The notes beneath the pieces were generated by a model. The model searched no databases and was not told where the DNA came from. It worked only from the letters and a program-made list of their open reading frames with translations. 64,000 nt of DNA, taken from an uncultured Alphaproteobacteria bacterium. Its GTDB lineage: Bacteria; Pseudomonadota; Alphaproteobacteria; Rhizobiales; Methyloligellaceae. The position numbers and the translations under genes were made by a program. Below, in pieces: positions 41,528-54,834 of this stretch; the stretch's first letter is position 1; each line of letters opens with the position of its first letter. The DNA lies in assembly GCA_963846875.1 (NCBI GenBank), contig CAWJXT010000019.1, forward strand, positions 13,225-77,224, given 5' to 3'.

Positions 41528-42828
41528 TGCTTCAAGACAAGGACCGCATCTTCAAGAATCTCGATGGCTTCCATGATTGGCGGCTGAAGGCCGCGCGCGC
41601 CCGCGGCGCTTGGGACGGCACCAAAACCATGATCGAGCGGGGCCATGAGGCAATCATCGAGGAGGTGAAGGCGTCGGGCCTGCGGGGACGCGGGGGTGCG
41701 GGCTTCCCCACCGGCCTCAAATGGTCGTTCATGCCGAAGCAATCCGACGGGCGCCCGAGCTATCTCGTCATCAACGCCGATGAATCCGAGCCCGGCACCT
41801 GCAAGGACCGGGACATCATGCGCCACGACCCGCATCTCCTCATCGAGGGCGCGCTCTTGGCCTCCTTCGCCATGCGGGCGCACGTCGCCTACATCTATAT
41901 CCGCGGCGAGTTCATCCGCGAGCGCGAGGTGCTGCAAGCCGCCATCGACGAGGCATATGACGCGAAGCTGATCGGCAAGAACAACGAGAACGGCTGGGAC
42001 TTCGAACTCTATCTGCATCATGGGGCAGGGGCCTATATTTGCGGCGAGGAAACGGCACTGCTGGAAAGCCTCGAAGGCAAGAAGGGCATGCCGCGCCTGA
42101 AGCCGCCATTTCCTGCCAATGTGGGGCTCTATGGCGCGCCGACCACCGTCAACAATGTGGAGTCGATCGCGGTCGTGCCCGATATCCTGCGCCGGGGCGC
42201 CACCTGGTTCGCCTCGCTCGGGCGCCCCAATAACAGCGGCACCAAGCTCTTCTGCCTCTCTGGCCACGTGAACGAGCCCTGCAATGTGGAGGAGGAGATG
42301 GGCGTGCCCTTGCGCGAGCTGATCGACCGCCATGCGGGCGGCGTGCGCGACGGCTGGGACAATCTGCTCGCCGTGATCCCTGGGGGCTCGTCGGTTCCCT
42401 GCCTGCCCGCTAGTCAGTGCAACGACCTGCCGATGGATTTCGACTCGCTTCGCGACTTGAAATCAGGCCTCGGCACGGCGGCGGTGATCGTCATGGACAA
42501 GTCCACCGACATCATTCGTGCCATTGCGCGACTGTCATATTTCTACAAGCACGAGAGCTGCGGCCAGTGCACCCCCTGCCGCGAAGGCACCGGCTGGATG
42601 TGGCGCGTGCTGGAGCGCATCGCCAAGGGCCAGGCCGCGAAGCGCGAAATCGACATGCTGCTCGACGTGAGCTACCAGGTCGAAGGCCACACGATCTGTG
42701 CGCTGGGCGATGCCGCCGCCTGGCCGGTGCAGGGTCTCATCCGCCATTTCCGCCACGAACTCGAGGCGCGCATCGATGCTCAGGCCACACGCCCCTTGGC
42801 GCCGGCGGTGCCGGTGGCGGCGGAGTAG
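41527..42828 (+). CDS. nuoF: NADH-quinone oxidoreductase subunit F
   Basis: [37 protein letters not shown]. Confidence 0.97.
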   Translation: MLQDKDRIFKNLDGFHDWRLKAARARGAWDGTKTMIERGHEAIIEEVKASGLRGRGGAGFPTGLKWSFMPKQSDGRPSYLVINADESEPGTCKDRDIMRHDPHLLIEGALLASFAMRAHVAYIYIRGEFIREREVLQAAIDEAYDAKLIGKNNENGWDFELYLHHGAGAYICGEETALLESLEGKKGMPRLKPPFPANVGLYGAPTTVNNVESIAVVPDILRRGATWFASLGRPNNSGTKLFCLSGHVNEPCNVEEEMGVPLRELIDRHAGGVRDGWDNLLAVIPGGSSVPCLPASQCNDLPMDFDSLRDLKSGLGTAAVIVMDKSTDIIRAIARLSYFYKHESCGQCTPCREGTGWMWRVLERIAKGQAAKREIDMLLDVSYQVEGHTICALGDAAAWPVQGLIRHFRHELEARIDAQATRPLAPAVPVAAE

Positions 42829-42848
42829 GGATCAAGGGATTCAAGACC

Positions 42849-44957
42849 ATGCCGAAACTGATCATCGATAAGCGCGAAATCGATGTGCCCGCCGCCATCA
42901 CCCTGATCCAGGCCTGCGAGCTCGCCGGCATCGAGATCCCGCGCTTCTGCTATCACGAGCGGCTGTCCATCGCCGGCAATTGCCGCATGTGCCTGGTCGA
43001 GGTGGCGGGCATGCCGAAGCCCGTCGCTTCCTGCGCCATGAGCGTCAACGACTTGCGACCCTCCCGCGACGGCACGCCCCCCACCATCATCACCAACTCG
43101 GACACGGTAAAGAAGGCGCGCGAGGGCGTGCTCGAATTCCTGCTCATCAATCATCCGCTCGACTGCCCCATCTGCGATCAGGGCGGCGAATGCGACCTGC
43201 AGGACCAGACCATGGCCTACAGCTTCGACGCGGGGCGCTTTGCGGACAACAAGCGCGCCGTCGATGACAAATATCTCGGCCCGCTGATCGGGACCTACAT
43301 GACCCGCTGCATCCACTGCACGCGCTGCATCCGCTTCATGACGGAGGTTGCGGGCGTCGAGGAGCTTGGCGCCATCGGCCGCGGCGAGGACATGGAGATC
43401 ACCACCTATCTCGAGCGCGGCATGCTGTCGGAGCTGTCGGGCAACGTCGTCGATCTTTGCCCAGTGGGCGCACTCACCTCAAAACCCTATGCCTACGTGG
43501 CGCGCCCCTGGGAGCTCACCAAGACCCCCACCATCGATGTCATGGACGCTGTTGGCTCCAATATCCGCGTCGATGCGCGCGGCCGCGAGGTCCTACGCAT
43601 CCTGCCAAGGGAGAACGACGCTATCAACGAGGAGTGGATTTCCGACAAGACACGTCATGTCTGGGACGGCCTGAGGCTCCAGCGGCTGGACCAACCCTAT
43701 GTGCGGCGACGGAGCAAGCTCGAGCCCACGACCTGGGACGACGCCTTCCGCGTCATCGCCGAGAAGCTGAAAGGATTCGACGGCACTCACTTCGCGGCCA
43801 TCGCCGGCGATCTTGCGGCAGCCGAGGAGATGTTCGCTCTGAGGTTGCTGGCGGAACAGCTTGGCTCGCCTCATATCGACTGCCGCCAGGATGGCGCCAA
43901 GCTCGAACCGGCGTTAGGCCGCGCCACCTATCTGTTCAATGCCACCATCGGCGGAATCACGAGGGCCGACGCCATCCTGCTCATCGGCACCAATCCGCGG
44001 GCCGAGGCCGCCGTGCTCAATGCCCGCATCCGCGAGCGCTGGCGCCAGATGCAAGGGGGCCTGCCCATCGGGCTCATCGGTGAAGAGGCCGATCTCGCTT
44101 ATCCTTACGACTATCTTGGCGCCGGGCCAGAGACGCTCGCCAAGGTCGCCGCGGGCGATCATGCTTTCCTCGAGAAGGCGAAGGGCGCCGGGCACCCGCT
44201 CCTCATCATCGGCCAAGCCGCGCTTGCTCGCCCCGATGGCGCGGCCGTGCTGGCGCTCGCCACCAAGGCGGCGCTGGCTCTTGGCGCGGTGAAGCCTGGC
44301 TGGAACGGCTTCAGCGTGTTGCATAGTGCCGCTGCCCGCGTGGCGGGGCTCGACCTCGGCCTCGTGCCAATGAAGGGCGGCCGCGACGTCGAAGCCATCC
44401 TCGACGGCGCCGCAGGCGGCGAGATCGAGGTCGTCTATCTCCTCGGCGCCGACGAGATCGAGGTCGAAAGGCTGGGAGAGGCCTTCGTCATCTATCAAGG
44501 CAGCCATGGCGACCGCGGCGCCCACCGCGCCGACGTCATCCTTCCCGGCGCTGCCTACACCGAGAAAGACGCCATCTACGTCAACACCGAGGGCCGGCCG
44601 CAGATGACCGCTCGCGCCACCTTCCCACCTGGGGAAGCACGCGAGGACTGGACGATCTTGCGCGCGCTGTCGGGCGTGCTCGGGCAGCCTCTGCCCTTCG
44701 ATACGCTCCCCGAGCTTCGCGCCAAGATGTTTGCTGCCTGCCCGCATCTGGCCCTGCTCGACACCGTCGTTCCCGCCGATGCGGCCGCTGTCGAGCGCCT
44801 GGCGGCAAAGACCTGGAAGGTGGGCCGCGACCGCTTCGGCGTAAGCATCGCCGACTTCTATCTCACCAACGCCATCGCACGCGCTTCGCCCATCATGGCC
44901 GAACAGAGTGCGCTGCACGCGAGCGCGCAAGCTCGAGCGACCGGCACCCATGGCTGA
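42849..44957 (+). CDS. nuoG: NADH-quinone oxidoreductase subunit G
   Basis: [40 protein letters not shown]. Confidence 0.97.
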   Translation: MPKLIIDKREIDVPAAITLIQACELAGIEIPRFCYHERLSIAGNCRMCLVEVAGMPKPVASCAMSVNDLRPSRDGTPPTIITNSDTVKKAREGVLEFLLINHPLDCPICDQGGECDLQDQTMAYSFDAGRFADNKRAVDDKYLGPLIGTYMTRCIHCTRCIRFMTEVAGVEELGAIGRGEDMEITTYLERGMLSELSGNVVDLCPVGALTSKPYAYVARPWELTKTPTIDVMDAVGSNIRVDARGREVLRILPRENDAINEEWISDKTRHVWDGLRLQRLDQPYVRRRSKLEPTTWDDAFRVIAEKLKGFDGTHFAAIAGDLAAAEEMFALRLLAEQLGSPHIDCRQDGAKLEPALGRATYLFNATIGGITRADAILLIGTNPRAEAAVLNARIRERWRQMQGGLPIGLIGEEADLAYPYDYLGAGPETLAKVAAGDHAFLEKAKGAGHPLLIIGQAALARPDGAAVLALATKAALALGAVKPGWNGFSVLHSAAARVAGLDLGLVPMKGGRDVEAILDGAAGGEIEVVYLLGADEIEVERLGEAFVIYQGSHGDRGAHRADVILPGAAYTEKDAIYVNTEGRPQMTARATFPPGEAREDWTILRALSGVLGQPLPFDTLPELRAKMFAACPHLALLDTVVPADAAAVERLAAKTWKVGRDRFGVSIADFYLTNAIARASPIMAEQSALHASAQARATGTHG

Positions 44958-45972
44958 ATTCTGGTCGAGCTACGGACTGCGCTTTGCGCTGATCGTGCTG
45001 CAGAGCCTGGTGCTCCTCGTCGTGCTGCTCATCATCGTGGCATTTCTGCTCTATGCCGACCGCAAGGTCTGGGCGGCGGTCCAGTTGAGACGCGGGCCGA
45101 ACGTCGTGGGTCCCTGGGGATTGCTGCAATCCTTCGCGGACCTGCTCAAATTCGTGTTGAAGGAGCCGCTGATCCCGACCGGCGCCAACAAGGGCATCTT
45201 CCTCTTGGCCCCTCTCGCCACCGCGGGGCTAGCGCTTTCCGCCTGGGCGGTGATGCCGGTGGCCAAGAACTGGGCCGTGGCCGACATCAATGTGGGCATT
45301 CTGTACATCCTCGCCGTGTCGAGCTTGCAGGTCTATGGCGTGATGATGGCAGGCTGGGCCTCCAACTCCAAATATGCCTTCCTCGCCGCGCTGCGCTCCG
45401 CCGCGCAGATGGTGTCCTACGAGGTCTCCATCGGATTTGTCATCATCACCGTGCTGCTGTGCGCGGGCTCACTCAACCTTAGCGACATCGTCGAGGCCCA
45501 AGACGGGCGCTTTGGACTGTTCGGCTGGTACTGGCTGCCGCTTTTTCCCATGTTCGTGGTGTTTTTCATTTCGGCGCTGGCCGAGACCAATCGCCCGCCC
45601 TTCGACCTGCTCGAAGCGGAGTCCGAACTCGTGGCAGGCTTCATGGTCGAATATTCGTCGACCCCCTACATGCTTTTCATGCTCGGCGAATATATAGCCA
45701 TCGTGCTGATGTGCGGGCTCGGCACCGTGCTTTTCCTAGGGGGCTGGCTGGCGCCGTTCCCGGTACCGCCCTTCACTTGGATACCGGGCGTGGTATGGTT
45801 CAGCTTGAAGACTTGCTTCCTGTTCTTCCTGGTCGCCATGGTCAAGGCGATGGTGCCGCGTTATCGCTACGACCAGCTTATGCGGCTCGGCTGGAAGGTA
45901 TTCCTGCCCCTGTCGCTTGCTTTTGTCGTAATCGTGGCGGCCATCCTTCAGCTTTGGCAGCACGGCGCTTGA
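44950..45972 (+). CDS. nuoH: NADH-quinone oxidoreductase subunit H
   Basis: [38 protein letters not shown]. Confidence 0.97.
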   Translation: MAEFWSSYGLRFALIVLQSLVLLVVLLIIVAFLLYADRKVWAAVQLRRGPNVVGPWGLLQSFADLLKFVLKEPLIPTGANKGIFLLAPLATAGLALSAWAVMPVAKNWAVADINVGILYILAVSSLQVYGVMMAGWASNSKYAFLAALRSAAQMVSYEVSIGFVIITVLLCAGSLNLSDIVEAQDGRFGLFGWYWLPLFPMFVVFFISALAETNRPPFDLLEAESELVAGFMVEYSSTPYMLFMLGEYIAIVLMCGLGTVLFLGGWLAPFPVPPFTWIPGVVWFSLKTCFLFFLVAMVKAMVPRYRYDQLMRLGWKVFLPLSLAFVVIVAAILQLWQHGA

Positions 45973-45985
45973 GAGGAAACTCAGC

Positions 45986-46477
45986 GTGAGACGCTTTAGT
46001 CAAGCCGCTAAGTCATTGCTATTGATGGAATTCCTGTCGGCCTTTTGGCTCGCGCTCAAATACTTCGTGGCCCCCAAGGCAACCATCAACTACCCCTTCG
46101 AGAAGGGACCTCTCTCCCCCCGCTTCAGGGGAGAGCACGCGCTTAGGCGCTATCCGAACGGCGAGGAGCGTTGCATCGCCTGCAAGCTCTGTGAGGCTAT
46201 CTGCCCGGCGCAGGCCATCACCATCGAGGCGGGACCGCGCCGCAACGACGGCACGCGGCGCACCACGCGCTACGACATCGACATGGTGAAATGCATCTAT
46301 TGCGGCTTCTGCCAGGAGGCCTGTCCCGTCGACGCGATCGTGGAGGGACCGAATTTCGAATTCGCCACCGAGACGCGCGAGGAGCTTTACTACGACAAGG
46401 AGCGGCTGCTCGCCAATGGCGACCGCTGGGAGCGTGAGATCGCCAAGAACTTGGCGCTCGACGCGCCGTACCGGTGA
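45986..46477 (+). CDS. nuoI: NADH-quinone oxidoreductase subunit I
   Basis: [24 protein letters not shown]. Confidence 0.97.
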   Translation: MRRFSQAAKSLLLMEFLSAFWLALKYFVAPKATINYPFEKGPLSPRFRGEHALRRYPNGEERCIACKLCEAICPAQAITIEAGPRRNDGTRRTTRYDIDMVKCIYCGFCQEACPVDAIVEGPNFEFATETREELYYDKERLLANGDRWEREIAKNLALDAPYR

Positions 46478-46487
46478 GCCGCCGCGG

Positions 46488-47093
46488 ATGACCGTAAGCT
46501 CGCTGTTCTTCTATCTCTTCGCGGTATTCTGCGTGGGCTCGGGCTTCATGGTCGTCGCCGCGAAGAACCCGGTGCATGCCGTGCTCTTCCTCATCCTCGC
46601 CTTCTTCAACGCCGCGGGCCTGTTCGTACTGCTCGGCGCCGAGTTCCTCGCCATGATCCTGATCGTGGTCTATGTAGGCGCCGTGCTCGTGCTATTTCTG
46701 TTCGTGGTGATGATGCTAGACGTCGACTTCGCCGAGCTAAGGGCCGGCTTCCTCAAATATCTGCCCGTCGGCACCACCATTGGCATTCTCTTCCTCGTCG
46801 AGCTTCTCTTCATCCTCGGCGCCTGGGTGACAACACCCGAGAGCGCGCCACAGGCCCCCCCGGCGCCCGGCCTCAGTAACACCGCGGCGCTCGGCCAGAT
46901 CCTCTACACGAAATATGTCTTTCTGTTCGAGGCGGCCGGCCTCATCCTGCTCGTCGCGATGATCGGCGCCATCGTACTTACCCTGCACCACCGGGAGGCA
47001 GTGCGGCGCCAATCGGCTGCCGCGCAAGTGGCCCGCACGCGCGCGACCGGGCTGGCGGTGGTCGAGGTCGAATCGGGGAGGGGGCTCTCATGA
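46488..47093 (+). CDS. nuoJ: NADH-quinone oxidoreductase subunit J
   Basis: [25 protein letters not shown]. Confidence 0.95.
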   Translation: MTVSSLFFYLFAVFCVGSGFMVVAAKNPVHAVLFLILAFFNAAGLFVLLGAEFLAMILIVVYVGAVLVLFLFVVMMLDVDFAELRAGFLKYLPVGTTIGILFLVELLFILGAWVTTPESAPQAPPAPGLSNTAALGQILYTKYVFLFEAAGLILLVAMIGAIVLTLHHREAVRRQSAAAQVARTRATGLAVVEVESGRGLS

Positions 47094-47398
47094 CCGTGGG
47101 CCTCTCCCATTACCTCACGGTCGCCGCTATGCTGTTCACTCTCGGCGTGTTCGGCATCTTCTTGAACCGCAAGAACGTCATCGTCATCCTGATGAGCGTC
47201 GAGCTGATGCTGCTCGCGGTGAACATCAACCTCGTGGCCTTTTCGGCCTTTCATGGTGACCTAGTCGGGCAGGTTTTCGCCCTTATCGTGCTGACCGTCG
47301 CCGCTGCCGAAACCGCCATAGGGCTCGCCCTCGTCGTCGTGTATTTCCGCAACCGCGGCACCATCGATGTCGCCGAAATCGACCTGCTGAAGGGCTGA
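47090..47398 (+). CDS. nuoK: NADH-quinone oxidoreductase subunit K
   Basis: NRKNVI.ILMS.ELML, VAAAE.AIGLA. Confidence 0.96.
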   Translation: MTVGLSHYLTVAAMLFTLGVFGIFLNRKNVIVILMSVELMLLAVNINLVAFSAFHGDLVGQVFALIVLTVAAAETAIGLALVVVYFRNRGTIDVAEIDLLKG

Positions 47399-47408
47399 GC
47401 AGCCAAGC

Positions 47409-49339
47409 ATGTATCAGGCGATCGTTTTCCTGCCGTTGCTCGGCGCGATCTTTGCAGGCCTTTTCGGCAGGCTCGTGGGCGCGCGCACTTCGGAGGTCGT
47501 GACCACGAGCCTTGTGCTCGTGGTGGGCCTCCTCTCGTGCTTCGCCTTCTATGAGATCGCCATCCAAGGCCATGAGGAGCGTATCGAGCTTCTGCGCTTC
47601 ATCGACTCGGGCGATCTGCATGCCGCCTGGTCGCTCAGGATCGACACGCTGACCGCGGTCATGCTCCTGGTGGTCACCCTCGTGTCTGGCCTCGTGCATC
47701 TCTATTCCATCGGCTACATGGAGGAGGACCCGCACCGCCCGCGCTTCTTCGCCTATCTCTCGCTCTTCACCTTCGCGATGCTGGCGCTCGTGACCGCCGA
47801 CAACGTCGTGCAGCTCTTCTTCGGATGGGAAGGCGTGGGGCTGATGAGCTACCTGCTCATCGGCTTCTGGTATCACCGCCCCGCAGCCAACTCCGCGGCG
47901 ATCAAGGCCTTCATCGTCAACCGCGTCGGCGATTTCGGCTTCGCGCTTGGCATCTTCGCCACCTTCACCCTGTTCAACTCCGTCCAATACGACACGATCT
48001 TCGCCTCCGCGCCGGACCAGGTCGGCAAGACCATGGAATTCTTGGGCGCTCACGTCGATGCCCTGACGCTGATCTGTCTCCTGCTGTTCATGGGCGCCAT
48101 GGGCAAGTCGGCCCAGTTTCTGCTGCATACTTGGCTGCCCGACGCCATGGAGGGTCCGACCCCCGTCTCGGCGCTGATACATGCTGCCACCATGGTGACG
48201 GCCGGCGTGTTCATGGTGGCGCGGTTGTCGCCCTTGTTCGATCTCGCCCCGATCGCGCTCGGCGTCGTCGCTGTCGTCGGCGCCACCACCGCCTTCTTCG
48301 CCGCGACCGTGGGGCTGGTGCAGACCGACATCAAGCGCGTGATCGCCTATTCCACCTGCTCCCAACTCGGCTACATGTTCGTGGCGGAGGGCGTCGGCGC
48401 CTACGGCACCGGCATCTTCCACCTCTTCACCCATGCTTTCTTCAAGGCTCTCTTGTTCCTGGGCGCGGGCGCGGTGATCCACGCGCTGCATCACGAGCAG
48501 GACCTTCGACGCATGGGGGCCTTGCGCAAGGTGCTTCCCTTCACGTGGGCGATGATGCTGATCGGCACCTTGTCGCTGACCGGCTTCCCCTTTACCTCGG
48601 GCTTCGTCTCCAAGGACGCCATCATCGAGGCGGCCTATGCCGCACATTCCGCTGTGGGGAATTTCGCCTTCGTGCTAACCGTCCTCTCCGCGCCACTGAC
48701 CTCATTCTATTCCTGGCGCCTGATGTTCCTCGCATTCGAGGGCAAGCCCCGTGAGAGGCCGGACGTGCTGGAGCACGCCCACGAGGCGCCTTGGGTCATG
48801 GGGGTGCCCCTCGCCGTCCTGGCGCTCGGCTCGCTGCTGGCCGGCGCGATCTTCATGCATCTCTTCATCGGCGCGGACCAGGCGAGCTTCTGGCGCGGAT
48901 CGCTTGTCACCCATGCCGGCGCAGCCGAGCACGAGGTGCCGATATTGGTGATGCTCGCGCCGGCCCTGATGATGGTCCTTGGCTTCGGCATTGCCTGGTA
49001 CTTCTATCTGCGCAACCCGCTCGTGCCCTTCGGCCTCGCCAAGCGCTTCCGCGGGGCATATCTCTTCCTGCTCAACGCCTGGTACTTCGACGCACTCTAC
49101 GACCTGCTCTTCGTGCGGCCGGCATTCTCGCTTGGGCGCAAGCTGTGGAAGGTCGGTGACGGCAAGATTATCGATGGCATCGGGCCCGACGGCGTTGCCG
49201 CCCGCGTCATCGACATCACCAACCGGACCGTGCAAGCCTGCAGACGGGCTACATCTATCACTATGCCTTCGCCATGCTGATCGGAGTGGCGCTCATCATC
49301 ACCTATTTCCTCTTTGCGGGAGGAGGGTTGCCGCGATGA
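47409..49339 (+). CDS. nuoL: NADH-quinone oxidoreductase subunit L (frameshift near 49235, probable sequencing error)
   Basis: [32 protein letters not shown]; the [11 protein letters not shown] tail lies in the next frame and ends at an ATGA overlap with nuoM. Confidence 0.94.
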
Positions 49340-50850
49340 GCTATAGCTGGCCGATTCTTTCCACCATCACCTTCCTGCCGCTGTTGGGGGCGCTCCTGAT
49401 CGGGCTCGTACGCGGACGCGACGAGAGCACGTTCCGCAACGCCCGCTTCATCGCGCTTTGGACCACGCTCGTCACCTTTGGACTCTCGCTCCTGCTCTGG
49501 CGCGACTTCGACCCGACCACGGCGCAGTTCCAATTCATCGAGCACCGGGCGTGGCTCGGGGAGATCAGCTTTCGCATGGGCGTGGACGGCATCTCCATGC
49601 CCTTTGTGCTTCTCACCGCCTTCCTCATGCCGCTCTGCATACTCGCGAGCTGGGTGGCGATCACCGCGCGGGTGAAAGAGTACATGATCGCCTTTCTCGC
49701 GCTCGAGACGCTCATGCTCGGCGTGTTCACGAGCCTCGATCTCGTGCTGTTCTATCTCTTCTTCGAAGGCGGCCTCATTCCGATGTTCCTTATTATCGGC
49801 GTCTGGGGCGGTCCGCGCCGCGTCTATGCGAGCTTCAAGTTCTTCCTCTACACGCTGGCAGGCTCGCTCCTCATGCTGCTCGCGATCATGGCCATCTATT
49901 GGCAGGCGGGGACGACCGACATTCAGGCGCTGCTCGCTTACGGCTTTCCGGCCTCGATGCAGACTTGGCTGTGGTTTGCATTCCTTGCCTCCTTTGCCGT
50001 CAAGCTGCCCATGTGGCCCGTGCATACCTGGCTGCCCGACGCCCATGTAGAGGCGCCAACCGCCGGCTCGGTGATCCTTGCCGGCATCCTCTTGAAGATG
50101 GGCGGCTACGGGTTCCTGCGCTTCTCTATCCCCATGTTCCCGCTCGCTTCCGCCGCCTACGCGCCGCTCATTTTCGCGCTGTCCGTGATCGCCATCATCT
50201 ACACCTCGCTCGTTGCGCTAGCGCAGGAGGACATGAAGAAGCTCGTCGCCTATTCCTCCGTCGCCCATATGGGCTTCGTCACCATCGGCGTGTTCACCCT
50301 CACCATGCAGGGCCTCCAGGGCGGCATCTTCCAGATGCTGTCCCACGGCATCGTCTCGGCCGCGCTCTTCCTCTGCGTGGGCGTGATCTATGATCGTATG
50401 CACACCCGCGAAATCACCGCCTATGGCGGGCTCGCCGACCGCATGCCGCTCTACGCCTTCTGCTTCATGGTGTTCACGTTGGCCAATGTCGGGCTGCCGG
50501 GGACGAGTGGCTTTGTCGGCGAGTTCTTGAGTCTCTTGGGCGCCTTCCGCATCAACACCTGGGTGGCCTTCCTCGCCACCACCGGCATCATTCTCTCCGC
50601 CGCCTATGCGCTCTATCTCTATGCCCGCGTCATCTTCGGCAAACTGGAGAAGTCGAACCTGCGCCTGATCAAGGATCTGACTTGGCGCGAGGTCGCGGTG
50701 ATGACGCCGCTGGTAGCTCTCACCGTCCTGTTCGGCTTCTACCCGGCGCCCATTCTCGATGCAAGTGCGGCCTCGGTCGATGCGCTGATCAAGAACTACC
50801 ACACAGCTCTTGCCGCAGCCGAGCAGGCGCGGCTTGCTTTCGTGCCATAG
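49336..50850 (+). CDS. nuoM: NADH-quinone oxidoreductase subunit M
   Basis: [36 protein letters not shown]. Confidence 0.96.
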   Translation: MSYSWPILSTITFLPLLGALLIGLVRGRDESTFRNARFIALWTTLVTFGLSLLLWRDFDPTTAQFQFIEHRAWLGEISFRMGVDGISMPFVLLTAFLMPLCILASWVAITARVKEYMIAFLALETLMLGVFTSLDLVLFYLFFEGGLIPMFLIIGVWGGPRRVYASFKFFLYTLAGSLLMLLAIMAIYWQAGTTDIQALLAYGFPASMQTWLWFAFLASFAVKLPMWPVHTWLPDAHVEAPTAGSVILAGILLKMGGYGFLRFSIPMFPLASAAYAPLIFALSVIAIIYTSLVALAQEDMKKLVAYSSVAHMGFVTIGVFTLTMQGLQGGIFQMLSHGIVSAALFLCVGVIYDRMHTREITAYGGLADRMPLYAFCFMVFTLANVGLPGTSGFVGEFLSLLGAFRINTWVAFLATTGIILSAAYALYLYARVIFGKLEKSNLRLIKDLTWREVAVMTPLVALTVLFGFYPAPILDASAASVDALIKNYHTALAAAEQARLAFVP

Positions 50851-50864
50851 GACACGACGCTTCC

Positions 50865-52295
50865 GTGCTCCAATCGTTGCAGCTCGCCACCGCGGCGCCG
50901 GAACTCACCCTCGCCATCGGTGCGATGGCGTTACTGATGCTGGGCGTTGCCACGCGCGAGGAACATGGCGAGCTCGTGCTCGGGCTGGCGGTGCTTGTTC
51001 TGGCGGCCGCTGGGATCTTGGTCGCCATCGGCAGCGGCACCACGACCCTGTTCGGCGGGAGCTTCATCGTCGATCCTTTCGCGCGCGTCATGAAGCTCCT
51101 CACGCTCACCGGCGCCGCGACGGCGCTTCTCATGTCCTACGACTATTGGCGCCAGATGGGCCGCATCAAATTCGAGTTCCCGGTGCTCGTGCTGCTGGCC
51201 TCCACCGGCATGCTGATGATGATCTCCGCCAACGATCTCATCGCGCTATATGTCGGGCTTGAGCTACAAAGCCTCGCGCTCTATGTGATCGCGGCCTTCC
51301 GCCGCGATTCTGCACGCTCGAGCGAGGCGGGGCTCAAATATTTCGTGCTGGGCGCGCTCTCATCGGGAATGCTGCTCTATGGCGCATCCCTCATCTACGG
51401 CTTCACTGGCTCGACCGAATTCGCCCGCATCGCCGCCGCGTCGGCAGGCGGAGACGCCTCCCTCGAGTTGATCTTCGGACTCGTGTTCCTGCTAGCGGGC
51501 TTGGCCTTCAAGATCTCGGCCGTGCCCTTCCACATGTGGACGCCCGACGTCTATGAAGGCGCGCCGACTCCCGTCACGGCCTTTTTCGCCGCGGCACCTA
51601 AGCTGGCCGCCATGGCACTCACCGCACGCGCTCTATTCGCGGCCTTCCCCACCGTCATCCACGAATGGCAGCAGATCATCGCCTTCCTCGCCATCGCCTC
51701 CATGGCGCTCGGGTCCTTCGCGGCCATCGGTCAACGCAACATCAAGCGGCTGATGGCCTACAGCTCCATCGGCCATATGGGCTACGCCCTGGTCGGGCTC
51801 GCCGCGGGCAGCGCCGAGGGTGTGCAGGGCGTCATCATTTATCTGGCCATCTACCTCGCCATGACGCTTGGCACCTTCGCCTGCATCCTTGCCATGCGCC
51901 GTGGGGACCACATGATCGAGGACATCGACCAGCTGGCCGGCCTGTCGCGCACGAGCCCGTTGATGGCATTCATGCTCGCCATGCTGCTGTTCTCGCTTGC
52001 CGGCATTCCGCCCCTTGCGGGCTTCTTCGCCAAGTTCTACGTGTTTCTCGCCGCCATCCATGCCGGCCTGTACGGTCTCGCGGTCACCGGCGTGCTGTTG
52101 AGCGTTGTGGGGGCCTATTACTATCTCCGCATCGTCAAGATCGTGTATTTCGATGCCCCTGCCGACCGTTTCGAGCCGATGCCAGGACCGCTCGCCGCAG
52201 TCCTTGGAATGAGCGGCCTATTCATTTTGCTTTTCTTCCTCTATCCGGCACCTCTCGTGGCCATTGCCGGAACGGCCGCCAAATCCCTATTCTGA
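50865..52295 (+). CDS. nuoN: NADH-quinone oxidoreductase subunit N (start approximate)
   Basis: [39 protein letters not shown]. Confidence 0.95.
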   Translation: MLQSLQLATAAPELTLAIGAMALLMLGVATREEHGELVLGLAVLVLAAAGILVAIGSGTTTLFGGSFIVDPFARVMKLLTLTGAATALLMSYDYWRQMGRIKFEFPVLVLLASTGMLMMISANDLIALYVGLELQSLALYVIAAFRRDSARSSEAGLKYFVLGALSSGMLLYGASLIYGFTGSTEFARIAAASAGGDASLELIFGLVFLLAGLAFKISAVPFHMWTPDVYEGAPTPVTAFFAAAPKLAAMALTARALFAAFPTVIHEWQQIIAFLAIASMALGSFAAIGQRNIKRLMAYSSIGHMGYALVGLAAGSAEGVQGVIIYLAIYLAMTLGTFACILAMRRGDHMIEDIDQLAGLSRTSPLMAFMLAMLLFSLAGIPPLAGFFAKFYVFLAAIHAGLYGLAVTGVLLSVVGAYYYLRIVKIVYFDAPADRFEPMPGPLAAVLGMSGLFILLFFLYPAPLVAIAGTAAKSLF

Positions 52296-52308
52296 AGTCT
52301 GAGCTCTG

Positions 52309-53088
52309 ATGCCATCCTTCACCTCTACATCACCCAAGCTGCCCGGCGGATACCGGCTGCTCAAGCTCGAGTCGGTGGATTCGACTAACGCCGAAGCGCG
52401 CCGCCGCTCCGCGGCTGGTGAGCCGGGCCCGCTCTGGGTCTGGTCCGCCCGCCAATCCGCCGGCCGCGGCCGGGCGGGGCGGGAGTGGCGCTCCGAGCCT
52501 GGCAATCTGTTCGCGAGCCTCTTGATCACCGTTGCCTGCCCCATGAGCGTCGCGAGCCAGCTCGCGCTACTCGCCGGTCTTGCCGCTTACGACACCATCG
52601 CCAAGCTGCTCAGCGAGGAGGCGCGCGAGCAGCTATTGCTCAAATGGCCGAACGACGTCCTGCTGGGGGGAGGGAAGGTTGCGGGCTTGCTGCTCGAGAG
52701 CGCCAACGGCCCGCAAGAGTACCGCTCGGCCGTGGTGGTCGGCACCGGCATCAATCTCGCCAACCATCCGGAAGAGCTGGCCCAGCCCGCCACGAGCCTC
52801 GCCGCCCACGGCGCCGAGGTCACGCCGGGAGCCGCTTTGGAGACGCTCGCCGCCACGACTTTTGCATGGCTAAGGCGCTGGGAGGAGGGAGCCTCATTCC
52901 AGGTGATCCGCCGTGCTTGGCTCGACCGAGCCGGCCCGACGGGGAGGCCCCTGCGCGTGCGGGTGCACAATGAGGAAGCCGAGGGCCTGTTCGCGGGCCT
53001 CGATTCGGGTGGCGCCTTGCGCCTGCTCATGAGCGACGGTGCCGAGCGCCGCGTCGCCGCCGGCGACGTATTCTTTAACAGCCGTTAG
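52309..53088 (+). CDS. birA: Biotin--protein ligase
   Basis: DSTN, QSAGRGRAGREW, KWPND, KVAGLL, GTGIN. Confidence 0.94.
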   Translation: MPSFTSTSPKLPGGYRLLKLESVDSTNAEARRRSAAGEPGPLWVWSARQSAGRGRAGREWRSEPGNLFASLLITVACPMSVASQLALLAGLAAYDTIAKLLSEEAREQLLLKWPNDVLLGGGKVAGLLLESANGPQEYRSAVVVGTGINLANHPEELAQPATSLAAHGAEVTPGAALETLAATTFAWLRRWEEGASFQVIRRAWLDRAGPTGRPLRVRVHNEEAEGLFAGLDSGGALRLLMSDGAERRVAAGDVFFNSR

Positions 53089-53109
53089 GTTCGGCTCGGC
53101 GTCCAACCC

Positions 53110-54795
53110 ATGTCCCGACGTTCCGACAGCCACAAGCCCGACTTCGTCTTCGTGCCCTTGGGGGGCGTGGGCGAGATCGGTATGAATATCTACCTTTATG
53201 GCTACGGTCCTCCGGCGAACCGCGAATGGCTTATTGTGGACATGGGCATCACCTTCGGCAGCGAGACCGAGCCCGGCGTCGACGTGATCCTGCCCGATAT
53301 CAGTTTCCTCGAAGAAGAACGGTCGAACCTCAAGGGCCTACTGCTCACCCATGCCCATGAGGACCATTATGGCGCCGTCGTCGACCTCTGGCCACAGCTT
53401 GGCGGCGTGCCGGTCTTTGCCACGCCCTTCACCGCCGCCATGCTCAAGTCGAAGCTCGGGGAGACTGGGCTTGCGCGCGATTTTCCCCTCGAAATCATGC
53501 CGATGGGAAGCCGTTGCAAAATCGGTCCGTTCGACGTCGAGCTGGTCAGCATGTCCCATTCGATCCCCGAGCCGTCCGCAGTCGTGATCCGCACCGACCT
53601 TGGTGCTGTCCTCCACACCGGAGACTGGAAGCTTGACGCCAACCCCCTGACCAGCGCGGCCACCGACGAGCCGCGACTGAGGGAGCTCGGGAAAGAAGGC
53701 ATCACGGCGCTCATTTGCGACTCGACCAATGCCGTTCGCGACGGCGTTTCCCTCTCCGAGGCCGATGTCTCGGTCACCCTCGAGAGCCTCATCCGCGAGG
53801 CCCCGAAGCGCGTGGCGGTGACCACCTTCGCCTCCAACGTCGCGCGCATGCGCTCCGTCGCCAACGCCACCCGCGCGGCGGGCCGTGAGCTCGTGGTCGT
53901 CGGCCGCGCCATGTATCGCGTTATCGAGGCCGCTCAGGCGACGGGCTATCTCGACCCCGACCTTTCTTTCCATGCGGAGACCGAGTTCGAGGGCTTCGTA
54001 TCCCGCAAGGTCGTGGCGCTCTGCACCGGGAGCCAGGGCGAGACGCGCGCCGCCATGGCGCGCATCGCTGCGGGCGAGCACCCCAATGTGGCCTTGGAGC
54101 CGGGTGACCGGGTGATCTTCTCCTCCCGCACCATTCCCGGCAACGAGAAGGCGGTGGCAAGGATCCAGAATGCGCTCGCCGATGAAGGGATCGAGGTCAT
54201 CACCGACCAGGATGCCGCCGTCCATGTTTCGGGCCATCCGCGCCGCGGCGAGCTGGAACAGCTCTATCGTTGGGTGCAGCCAAAGATCGCCATTCCCATG
54301 CATGGTGAAGGCAAACATCTCGAAGCCCATGCGCGCCTGGCCGAGAAGCTCGGCGTGGACGAGGTCGTCCGTGCGCGGAACGGCGCCCTCGTGCGGATCG
54401 CGCCGGGCCCGGCCAAGATCATCGACGAAGTGCCGACAGGCCGTCTTTACCGTGACGGCGCTATCATCACCCGTGCCGATGAAGGGCAGGTACGCATGCG
54501 CCGCAAGCTGAGCTTTGCGGGATCGGTCTCGGTCTCTCTGGTGCTCTCCGAGAAGGGAATTTTGCTCGCGGACCCGGAAGTAGCGCTCAGCGGCCTGCCT
54601 GCGTTCAATCTCCAAGGTATTGCCTTCGAGACCATTGCCCACGACGCCGCGATTGGCACCATCGAGAGCATACCGATGCCGCGGCGCAAGGATCAGGCGA
54701 TGGTGAGCGAGGCGGTCCGCCGCAGCGTGCGCGCCGCCGTCAATCGGGCCTGGGGCAAGAAGCCAGTGTGCTCGGTGCTGTTGACGGTGCTATAG
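53110..54795 (+). CDS. rnj: Ribonuclease J
   Basis: PLGGVGEIGMN, THAHEDH, HTGDWK, TGSQGE, HVSGH. Confidence 0.95.
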   Translation: MSRRSDSHKPDFVFVPLGGVGEIGMNIYLYGYGPPANREWLIVDMGITFGSETEPGVDVILPDISFLEEERSNLKGLLLTHAHEDHYGAVVDLWPQLGGVPVFATPFTAAMLKSKLGETGLARDFPLEIMPMGSRCKIGPFDVELVSMSHSIPEPSAVVIRTDLGAVLHTGDWKLDANPLTSAATDEPRLRELGKEGITALICDSTNAVRDGVSLSEADVSVTLESLIREAPKRVAVTTFASNVARMRSVANATRAAGRELVVVGRAMYRVIEAAQATGYLDPDLSFHAETEFEGFVSRKVVALCTGSQGETRAAMARIAAGEHPNVALEPGDRVIFSSRTIPGNEKAVARIQNALADEGIEVITDQDAAVHVSGHPRRGELEQLYRWVQPKIAIPMHGEGKHLEAHARLAEKLGVDEVVRARNGALVRIAPGPAKIIDEVPTGRLYRDGAIITRADEGQVRMRRKLSFAGSVSVSLVLSEKGILLADPEVALSGLPAFNLQGIAFETIAHDAAIGTIESIPMPRRKDQAMVSEAVRRSVRAAVNRAWGKKPVCSVLLTVL

Positions 54796-54834
54796 GCTGG
54801 GGTCAAGCGGAACCTCGAAGCGGGAGACTTATCC